From: Phoronis australis
Taxonomy: Eukaryota > Animalia > Phoronida
Assembly: GCA_002633005.1 (NCBI GenBank)
Contig: NMRA01000822.1
Span: forward strand, 84,268 to 132,640
DNA length: 48,373 nt
Direction: 5' to 3'
Made by a program: the position numbers and the translations under genes. This document shows, in pieces, positions 11,901-21,281 of the stretch (the stretch's first letter is position 1; each line of letters opens with the position of its first letter). Below the pieces are notes generated by a model. That model ran no database searches. It was not told the origin of the DNA and saw only the letters and a program-made list of their open reading frames with translations.

Positions 11901-14900
11901 GAGTCCCGCAAGACTTTGTTGTGAAAGAACAGCCTCCCCGCAATTTCTGGTGCTGTACACTTTTCGCGAATGCGATCACTTTCTCAATGTGAGTGCCCCT
12001 TGGTCATTCCTTGTATAGACATAACTTGTTATAGAGTGCGTCTTCAAACGGACTCGCGACCAGAACACGGCACCCGCCATAATAGCAGTTCTTCGGAAAA
12101 AGAATTTTTTTCAAAAATATTATGTGCATGTACACAATATTACATGTACATGTACACTGTATGATATTGCGCAAGACAACTTTACTGTACACCAGTTACA
12201 AACGTGTTGAGCGTAATAGAATGACACGGCATGACAGATGAGGTAAAAACGTTGCACGTCAATTCGCCTGAATATCAGGGTTTGCGGCACCGCAGTATTT
12301 CCCCTAATCAAATCAAAATATATCTTAGAGTAAAGAAGCTAGTTACCTAAAGAAATCAGGTATAGAACTGCTCTTTCAGCGGTGAATCCATCTAAAGTGC
12401 TTGGCTACTTCAGATGTGTCGACGGAAGCGCGCGCACAATAATTCCCCGCGCGTTTTGCCGATGAGCCACAAAGACTCAGCAATTCACAATGCAAAAAAC
12501 TATATTTTCAGAGTGAACCCCCCCCCCTCAATTTTTTCCAAGTTGGTTTACTTGGGGTTTACACACGCTGGCGGTGCCGTTTTTGTTTTGCTGGAGACGC
12601 TTTTGATATTTTTTAATTTTTGGGCCCTGGCCCGAGGGGGGGTTTAAACCCCCTGAACCCCCTCCCCCCGTAGATCCGCCACTGCACTTACGCAAGCAAA
12701 GGGTAAGAACATGATGATTTTCCTTTCAAAGACCAAAATCAATACGCCTGTTACTTATTAGCCAATAGATGGCCCAGCCGTCTGATAACTTGTTTTGAAC
12801 GCACACGTTTATTCATTTTCTCACTCACGTAAAGAAAGTTGTCCTTTGACGCCGTCTAACATGTTGATTTATATACGTAAGGATTCTGTGAAAAACACGG
12901 GATGCGGAGCACAATGCGTCAGTTTCTAAGGACGGAAGAAATTAGGTGTCAACACAATATTTTTGTACTTCCATTGTTACACATTTATAGGGAAATCACA
13001 TGCCCAATTTTGCGAAGACCTCATGCAAGGGGGTAAGGACATACAGCCGCGGACTAAAAAGTATCTAATACGGAGAGGAGTCACAGCTTATCCGAAAATC
13101 CAATGACGTCAGTCGTAGTCTTCCCGCGCCCCGGCATTATCACATCTGCCAACTTTTGTAATGGTCCTTTAAACCATGGCTCTGTTGGATAGAAAGGAGG
13201 ACGCAGAATACGTAAAATCTGTTCGGAAATGCGAAGGCGTCGTTTTCTCCTATTTGCCAATTTTTCACGAAAATCCATGAAGGAACTCTGAAGATACACT
13301 CATTTTCAAACGCAAAAATCTAAAATCGCCACTAGGAGGCACTGTGGTGGTTGGGTTGGCTCTAAACTCGTCGTCACTTTGTCGTCCACCATACTTCCCA
13401 AAAACACTTGTCCCACAGTTTCAGAATCTCCCATAGACTTTCAAAAATGGCTTAACCATGACCTTCATATACCCAGTACGATGTCATTAAGAGTGACTAG
13501 TTAATTCCACTTCAAAGAAACATCCTGTGTGTCCGGTGAGCGTAAATACGAGCTAGGAATCATTTACACTCACAGTGCAAACGAACATGTATATTAGAGG
13601 GTTTGTGACATGGAATCGGATAACGCCCAAGTCGGAAGGTCTTGGATCCCGGTTCCGAATTGACAAGGAAGCCAAATTTTAATATCTAGTTAAATTTAAT
13701 GCACATCACTGTCTTAGTACTAACATGGGGCACCATATACCCCGCCCTCCGAGTCTAAATCAGGCCCTGAATAAAATCTTTGTATCATAATGCCGGTAAT
13801 AATTACAGCCACCATGCATGCAAGGGAGTGTAAAGAAAACATGACGGCGATGTTTACCGAGATTGTCAAGGCAATAGTGCGCTCAAATCCTGATCCATTT
13901 TCCCATCCTGGCTTGCCGTGAGCACCTAGAATAACTTTAAGATCGTCCGCGCCCATTCTAGAAATAAAAAATACTGATTTAAAGGTATATTCAGAGGTGT
14001 TAAAGTAACAAGGAAATCGAATGATAAAAAGCAAATCGTGCAGAAATAAGGTAAGTTAGTATACGATGCCGTAAAATATTTTTCCTCAAGTGAGATTTAA
14101 TTATTATTCACAAATAGTTGTTTGGAGCGTAACACCACATTCTTCACTTATTGACCGCTGGGTCTGTCACCACCAAACCATTCAAGACTCGACTTGTAAA
14201 ACTGATTAATCACTTTGCGTGGAATTAGAAAATTGCTCGACTGTGGCACATGAATCTTCAATTTTCGATTCGAGCAAAGTTTCATTGTGCTGGATGATCA
14301 CGGCCCCTGGTCACTCCTGTCCAGTAATTTTGTAAGTCTATTGACTGTCATCTTACGTTTTCAAGCAATGAGCTGCCGTTACCACCCACTGATTGTTAAT
14401 CAGAGTTCCGCCACAGTAGTGTTCCTGGGCGATGACACCGTAGTCGATTTTTAGAGACACTTGCCATGGCCACGAGTGTGGACTGGCCTCTGAGCCGCCG
14501 ACTACACGCGTATTAGATGTAAGGCCGCATCCTGAAGTGAAATCAGTGTAAAGCATGTATTGGTTATTTTAGAAGTAAAGAAGTCTTAGCAGTATAAGAA
14601 TGAATGGAATATGTTGGGAATTCTATCACATGGGCGGCGCAGCACTGAAAAAAGTGGGGGCTAAAGCGGCCCCCCCAGCCCCCCCTGTAGTGCACCGCCT
14701 ATAGACCACGTGCGGCGTAGCACTGAAAAAGCTTCCTGTGGTGCGCCGCCCAAGTATCAGTCTCAGGGAAGTCGTAGCTTCCCTAGCACAGAGATCGCGT
14801 GGAACGTCTGTGGAAAACTTTTCTGTGTGCAAGACCGAAACTTGAAAGCAACATGACAAAACTTACGGCTCAAACTCATCGTTCTCCACGTCTCAGCTCG

Positions 14901-17900
14901 TCTTATTATCCTGCTCAAACGGGCAATCTTGGCGAAAAACATGCAACAGACGCATGTAGTCTTGTCCATGCAGTCCTTGCTCGGACCATACAACGCTTAT
15001 ATAGTCTTAGGATACTCTACTGATTTCCTGTTTTCGAGATCGCACTTGAATAAAACTCTCCCAATTTATTCGATGGCTATATCCGCTATTTAAGAACTGA
15101 AAATCACATTTTTTGTCGTTGGTAACGTTTCGAAATCAATTTTTATTGTCAAAATCATTTACCTCGATTTCTCCACCAGTAATTATTCATTTAAGTAAAA
15201 ATTCTGTTTTGCCTCTTGAAAATCGTATTTTTTTATTAAGACCCACTTAACCTTGAGGAACTGATCCCAAGTTGTTCCAAAGTCAAAACAGATTTCTGTG
15301 CTTGGAAAAAATGACAGTTCTTTATTGCTCGAGAAAGTGCTCTAGAAGTTGACTTGTCGTGAATTGTCATTTATTGAATGAGTGCCGAGGATTATTGAAC
15401 TGTGAGTTCTTTACAAGGCCAAAACATCAATTCACATCTGAGTAAGGAACGAGTTTTATGACAATTTTATTGCGGTACGTGGTCTAAATCAAAGTTCAGT
15501 TTCTTCGACGGGACGGAGGGGGAGGGTAGGGGGTCATTTTCTCTTTAACTTTGCAAAGAAAAATGCAGACAGTTCCTGTAGCATGAGATGTTGAATATTT
15601 TCGTGAAACGGGTGAAATTTATTTCATGTGTTTGCTGAAAATTCGTTTGTTTGCGGTTTTTTCATACAACGGTTGAAGACACCAGTGCCGACTTTATCTT
15701 TCTCAAATTCCTCACGTAAATTCGGAACAACACGCGCTCTTGATGTTTCTCTGTGCCAAATGTGTTATCAAAATATTGGGAGAAGTACCTTCGTACGGTG
15801 CGCTGGTCACCGTTTGCGTTGTTGTGCGGTGATGTTGAGTAGTGGTTGATGCTGGTACAGGATCCGTGGGAGGTGGTGAAGTTTCCGTTGGTGGTGTTTC
15901 AGGCAGGCAACACGTTCTGTAGTATGGCGAGCAGTCGACTCGGTAGTCTAGCTTTCCTGGCCTACCATTTATCATGCAGTCATCGAAGACAGGGTCAATG
16001 CAGGATCCGCCGGATAGACAGCAGTCATTACCGACTTCACAACCACCTTGTCAGGTAAGTGAGAGGGAATAGTATTACTTTGTGTATAAAACATGATCTG
16101 TTGCTTCTTGCAACTAATATTTTGATTCTATATTAACAAATTTCAGCTATCTCATTGGTTCACATGTAGGCCTAATTTGAAAGATTTTATTGTTGGTTAA
16201 AGTTCTAAGATCTCGCGCATAGTTAGTTTTCCTAATCAACAATTTACGATATATGTACTGAATGTTGGATATGGAACCCTCAGAGCAATGATCCTACATT
16301 CTTAACACCTTCTGGGAGACAGTAGCGTGCAGAGGTTTGGTGATGCCGGGGCGATTTTTATTGCATGGCCTTCTCTCTGCTCAAATGCATGGACCCTCGA
16401 TCTAAAAAAAGTAAAAAAGATGAAACATAAAATCGAAACTTCACTCAATTCAACTAAAAATCACTAACAATTTCAAAAAGTTTATTCATAGTGTTTGGAT
16501 GCCCNCTGTCGCCCCGTTGCCCCCCACTTCTGCACGCTACTTGTCGGAGACCTCTGGCCTGCCATATCCCTAGCTCGCAGCGCGTGGTTTGCGTCGGATG
16601 TTTCGGAATGGAATCACAGGCCGTAAGTCATGATCAAGAACATCCATTTATTGATTGCCGTTCAGCTGAGCTGTCCCAATTGGTCTGGAGTGGCGTGTCA
16701 TTCACGGACACATTTTTCCGAATCATCTTTTTAATTTGGTAAGCGTACTCAGTACATTTTAAGTGAAAGTAACTTGAAATCAAAGAAGGGCAAATAAACT
16801 CGGTTCAGGTCCGAACGACTTATGTGACCGGTTGCATGAAACAGTCCCAAATAGGGACTCATCTAAGTTCCCTAAATCTAAAGTGTACTTGTGGGCTTGT
16901 GAAAACACTGATTGTCCTTTCTTATGCTGTTTGAGTCTCATTACTAAGTCAATTTTTGACTTTGATACAAAACTCTACTTTGAATTTTCAATATTATTGA
17001 AAATAAGTAGGGATCTTTTCATTCAACGCCCCTAATTTAAGGACAAAGTCCCTGGTTATTATAACTGAATTAAGGGCTCAGTTTGCAGTTATATTATTAG
17101 AAAATGTCATTATTTAAAGAAGAGCTCATGATAAAGATAAAATGATAGAAAAAAATACTACGCTTTTCAGTATAGAGCGTTACTAATAAATACAAAAATT
17201 TAGGGAACTTAGTTGAGTTCCTGTGTGGGACTGTTTTGTGCAACCAGGCACTGGCGAATATTTGTAAGCATGCTATAAGACTATCCCCAGACACTTGGAA
17301 GAGGGTCGTCGGTTCGGATTTTTGAAACTACCACTGAGCTGACATCTCTAGGTCGGAATTTTCTACATTTAAAAATTCAAACCACTCGTTCTTCGTAAGT
17401 AATAATTCTTTAGTTCACTCAGACGATTTTACTCGTTTCTGTCGTCAGCGCTGTTCAACCAACAGATAGTCACACCTTCCTTTCTCACTTTTACAAATTA
17501 TTTCTTAATGGGAACCCAATGTTAACTGCACGAAATTTGTTTGTATTATTTTTTCTTGTATTCATCTCCATTAAATCAATTAAAAGCATCCCGGCATTGT
17601 TTGGATCATTCATTCGGTGTCTCCGTTTTTTTAAGCATTTCAAATACACGTTTATAACTTCCGTCTACTAAATAGACCACTTGCGAGTTTCCAAACTCAT
17701 CAGAAAAGTTGGACATAATCGCCATTTTGGTGTTTAACCTCGCATACAGTCTATTCACAGTGAGAAAATCCAGCTTAGGTCTTAGAAACCTCAACTGAAT
17801 TCGCGCTGTGCAGTAAGAGGTTAGCACCATGGCGACAAGAGAGGTGGGACAAAAACTAACTTTGCTTAGTGTCTCGCGAAAGTTCTATTAAACTTTTTGT

Positions 17901-17952
17901 ATTACTGACCTGCCAAGCAAATAATGCCGAATAAGACAAAAACCAGCGCCAT
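5763..17952 (-). CDS. Secreted S1A (chymotrypsin-fold) serine protease zymogen, 355 aa; join complement(17910..17952,15789..16046,14357..14531,13858..13957,8753..8930,7326..7471,5763..5930)
   Basis: Seven exons with GT/AG boundaries and matching phases (1,1,2,0,1,0) sum to 1068 nt. Motifs: activation site TR|VVGG, WPWQVSL, TAAHC (His57), DDLALVKL (Asp102), CWITGWG, GDSGGP (Ser195), PDVYTRIS. Confidence 0.93.
6541..6696. repeat. 28-bp minisatellite, ~5.5 visible copies, adjacent to a gap
   Basis: Unit CACATTTCTGAATTTTAACTTTAGGTCG. Confidence 0.95.
7326..7471 (-). CDS. Protease exon 6
   Basis: [25 protein letters not shown]...[13 protein letters not shown]; ttacag| and |gtaagt. Confidence 0.95.
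7535..8410. mobile_element. Old MITE with degenerate long TIRs in protease intron 5
   Basis: 7595-7655 is a diverged reverse complement of 8293-8352. Confidence 0.55.
8753..8930 (-). CDS. Protease exon 5: catalytic Asp
   Basis: HPGY...[24 protein letters not shown]...[10 protein letters not shown]; ttgcag| and |gtatat. Confidence 0.96.
9292..9850. mobile_element. MITE
   Basis: CGTTCACTAACGCTAGGACCT pairs with AGGTCCTAGCGTTACTAAACG. Confidence 0.55.
9870..10045. repeat. Interspersed repeat, inverted copy at ~45898-46100
   Basis: Shared blocks TGACGTC(G/A)GTTTCATTACTT.AACCAATG, CCGTTTTAATAAA and GTGGTCGCCA in opposite orientation. Confidence 0.65.
10095..10870. repeat. Inverted partial copy of the same tandem-repeat element (further fragments at ~838-975, ~9075-9170, ~13080-13460)
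   Basis: Reverse-complement matches such as GTCGTCGGAAAATCATCGTCAGC, CCACTAGGTGGCGC and CTTGCTAAATTTA. Confidence 0.75.
10912..11101. repeat. Degenerate ~31-bp tandem repeat, ~6 copies, interrupted by the hAT element
   Basis: Consensus about AAATAGCTTCGTTTTAGGCCACTTACGCATA; it resumes as CACTTACGCA after 12684. Confidence 0.75.
11102..12684. mobile_element. hAT-derived DNA transposon copy 1 (5-bp TSD)
   Basis: TIR CAGTGGCGGATCTACG / CGTAGATCCGCCACTG; perfect TSD CACTT; internal 11652-11850 nearly identical to 40134-40332. Confidence 0.88.
13858..13957 (-). CDS. Protease exon 4
   Basis: [33 protein letters not shown] contains the V-x-LGAH motif; tttctag| and |gtaaac; phase 2 in, phase 0 out. 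Confidence 0.88.
14357..14531 (-). CDS. Protease exon 3: activation site and catalytic His
   Basis: [27 protein letters not shown]...[21 protein letters not shown]; ttcag| and |gtaaga. Confidence 0.96.
15789..16046 (-). CDS. Protease exon 2: Cys-rich domain plus Thr/Pro-rich linker
   Basis: 258-nt phase 1-1 exon encoding [86 protein letters not shown]; acceptor caag|, donor |gtactt. Confidence 0.8.
16320..16543. mobile_element. Small hAT-like MITE
   Basis: TIR CAGTAGCGTGCAGA / TCTGCACGCTACT; similar flanks TGGGAGA/TCGGAGA. Confidence 0.65.
16826..17250. mobile_element. MITE with ~55-bp TIRs in protease intron 1
   Basis: GGTTGCATGAAACAGTCCCA...CTAAGTTCCCTAAAT pairs with ATTTAGGGAACTTAG...TGGGACTGTTTTGTGCAACC. 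Confidence 0.7.
17910..17952 (-). CDS. Protease exon 1: signal peptide [14 protein letters not shown]
   Basis: ATG followed by a hydrophobic 14-mer; phase-1 donor GCAG|gtcagt; TATA-like sequence ~55 bp upstream. Confidence 0.75.
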
Positions 17953-18006
17953 GTCTTGCGTTGTACAAGTCTATCTCCAAAATGATCCAGTATCATTTTA
18001 AAGCCT

Positions 18007-18014
18007 CTTATATC
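18007..18014 (-). promoter_or_regulatory. Candidate TATA box of the protease gene
   Basis: The minus strand reads GATATAAGAGG ~55 bp upstream of the ATG at 17952. Only the position supports the call. Confidence 0.3.
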
Positions 18015-21000
18015 TCCATTCTAGAGCAGTATAACAAAGAACGGCTGCAGCCAATCTCATGAGTCTCATTTCAGGTATAGCGGCCAGCACACTGTTATAC
18101 TTTCTAAATCAGACAACATTGGGATGCAAAGGCGTTGATTTTCATTTCGACGTTTCGATATTCTCAGTCATCATATCCCTGAATGAAAATTAAGTTAAAG
18201 TCGTTACATATCCGTCTTAACTTCGTTAATTCCACGTTTTCAGTTTCTTTTCACAGATGAGACACTCGCTGTGACTGTGCACTGCGATGCGTTGACGACA
18301 AGGCTTCGTCCGTAATTGCCGTACAGGTCAAAAGATTTCGCATTGGAGAATGCAATGTCCTGAAGGGAAACCACTTGTCTTATTGTGAATTAAGAAAGGG
18401 TCTTGACTGGGTCACACAAGTTTACGCCCGCATTGTCAACTTGATCAGTGCCATGCAACATGACTTCTTGTGTCTAATTTCATTTTCGATACTAAAAGCC
18501 TTCATGAGGTCTCCTGGCTGGTTTGAGCACAGCAACAGCCTGAATGAGTGCAGAATGCAGTAATTGGCCTAACTGTCTATTCAAGTTTTCAGTACTACGG
18601 CGGAGGTGAGATTCACATGTGTACATATAGTAAAATGACATAGATATCTTTGTAACTGTTTCTGGCCCACCTGTGGTTTAAGGAACTTGTTGTTTTCGCA
18701 AACTGGAAAACCATGATTGAATGAGAGAGTAGGCAAACGTATGGCTGCAACCATTGCGTGAACAGTAGAGTTCCCTTGTATTTAATGATTTACTGGACTT
18801 GGACGATTTCGGATAGATCCGAAGTTGAAGGGGTTTTTATAACACTCAATAATGTCTTGTTGAAAAACTCTTGGCACGTGATTTGATAGGCTATCGAAAG
18901 TGATTCCAAGACTAGAGATGAAAATGTATCAGAGGCGAGACTGTTCCCGACATTCAGCCAGGGCCGCAGGTCGATGCGTAGTGTATTGTCGGGTTTTGAA
19001 CAACATTGCCGTGAAATCACTGGTTGTCTGGAACGGTATAACAAGAATCTCGCTTGATGAAAATGAAGCTTGATTTTATATGTACAACGTTCGATCAAAA
19101 CTAAGTCGAGCTGGAGGCCGGAAATTCACAGTGCAAACTCTCGCGACGAGTCTCTGGGTCGCAAGCTCTAATTCATAGCTTGGTCGCATGCGGGAGTTGG
19201 CGTTCTAGAGCTAGAGTTCTATGATCAGGACCAAGAAAGCTATTGCCTATTGTTGTTTTAATCACAGAAAATATACGTTTTTAAGAGATTTTTCTGGGGA
19301 CGAAACACATTTTTCTACCTTTTTGGCCAAGAGACGATGTAAAAGTCTTAAATCATTAGAATGATTCAAATTATCCCTTCGTAGGTGTACATTATCTGCG
19401 CATGAGCGCACGCCAGTCGTACGCTAAGTCAGGTAACTTTCAAATTGAAGAATGATTGGCTGTGCGACATAAATTTGCTCACGCGCAGATAATGTTCACT
19501 TCCGGGAGCTACGAAAATATCCAGATGTGTTCTTAAGGATCGAGTCGACGCAGTTGGATCCATAGAACTCCAGCTTTAGAATGCCAAGTGCTGCACGTGA
19601 CCAATGTATAACAGCCAACTGTAAGTTATTGCTGGTTGTGCAACTGAAACCAGCCTCGTTGAATGAGCTGCGGGTTTTAAATGAGCGCCGATTTGGAATA
19701 AGCGACGGGTCAAAAAATCCCTTCGAAAAAAAATAAGCGCTCGGACACCAATACGTGGCACTACAGTAACTTCATGAATAATTTGTAAGTTTTTGTGCTT
19801 AAACAATCCCGTAGTATTCACGGATTGGCGGTATAAATTTAACATGAAGCACCGTTTTCGCTATTCTCTCGCAAATTCAAGATAAATCTGCATTTTATTT
19901 CCTAGTCCCAATAGATAGAGTGCAAGGTAAAACTTAGCATGTTTACTCTACCTGCAAGTTCAACTCGAAACCATGGATTCGTGATTGAGTCAGATGTAGT
20001 AATTGAATTGCTTGTAGGTTCTCTACCTAAATAGTAGTTGGCATGACAGTTACATGCTTAGGCAGGAAAATCGACTCGATTTTGTAACAGCTTGTTACAA
20101 CGGCGTAACACGTACAGTCATTTTCGCGACTTTCGAGCTTAAGTAGAAATCTCGTAGAGAAACATTTCGTTTCCTGGCTTACTAAATCCTTACACGAATA
20201 AGCCAGATACAGTAGCCTTTCAAAAAGCCCTGTCATTCAACTCGCGTTATGTGCAATTGGCGCTCAAGTGCTCCCGGTACTGAAGTGGGAAAGGTCATCC
20301 CAGTGCGTTTGACGTCATGAGCAGTGTATCGGCTGTGAGTGATCGAGGAATCCTGGACGCGTTCCTCGACTGTAAGTAAGTATTTACAGGCGCGCCGGTA
20401 CATGTAAAACCTCTGGTTTTCCTAAAAGTTACTATCATGTGCAAACTGTACCTGTGATACTGATGATGCTAACAGTAAGGTTGAAGAAAACCCATGACTG
20501 AGCAATAAATGGACCAAGGGGTCAACAGCTGGCAATCTCTCAATCAGAACAAGCTCAAAGTAAATGGAGCAAAGGTCATTCGTAGCCTCCACATGCAGCA
20601 CAAAACTTAAAATGCCCATCCAACCAAGTCGGCGCCATTTTTATGAAATGAGTGTAGGTAAATTCAATGGTGGCTCAAAAAGCTGTTGAGAGCCATCTTA
20701 ACTTTTAACCATTCGACGAATTAATTGCAATTGAAGTCGGTCACCTTTTCACTCAAATACATGTTTTCGACTGCTTGCCAATAGGCTTTTAGATCTACTA
20801 AAGCGTAAGTCGTGGGTTCGATTCCGTCTTGGGCCTGATTTCCACAAAACATTGTCGACAATACTTTCAATTTAAAACCAAGAAGTCCTACGACTTTTAA
20901 TGAAACAGTCGCTTGATCAGAAATTGGCATTGATATCATTATACATAGTGCGTTCACTGAAGAGCTCTCGTCTTTCCCAAATAATCACATTAAGTGATTA

Positions 21001-21264
21001 GCACATGTTCTCTTTCTAAATTTTCACACTGTAAGAACTAAACAGTGGTAGTAACAGTTACGTGGTCGTCCTTAACTTGTCGCTAATTTAAGAATTGCCA
21101 TGCTCATCTACAGAAAAACAAACTCCAGTTATTACCATTTTTCAACACGAAAATGCTTTAACTTTTTTTTACAAAAAATTATCTTTTTAAATATTGTGAC
21201 GTAAGAGTAGTGATTTCATAATCACTCGTCACTGATTTTTCCCTTAACCTGCTTCGCAACCAAA

Positions 21265-21281
21265 ATGCCACTCTTTTCCAA
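21265..21281 (+). CDS. RGS-A exon 1 (MPLFSK)
   Basis: caaaATG context; phase-2 donor AA|gtaagt fits exon 2. Confidence 0.65.

Noticed and set aside
16052-16060. Perfect plus-strand donor CAG|GTAAGT antisense to protease exon 2
   Set aside because: A single 9-mer with no supporting antisense exon chain.
17433-17450. Possible 18-nt phase 1-1 microexon (ALTTET) in protease intron 1
   Set aside because: Frame-compatible, but the donor GTAAAA is weak and such short matches arise by chance; needs RNA-seq.
20317-20371. ATG-initiated mini-exon with strong donor GTAAGT upstream of RGS-A
   Set aside because: Its phase 1 does not fit exon 2 (phase 2), and joining to exon 3 creates TAA. It could only be a 5' UTR exon, which is unsupported.
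20795-20830. B-box-like GGTTCGATTCC
   Set aside because: No clear A box or cloverleaf; at most a SINE relic.
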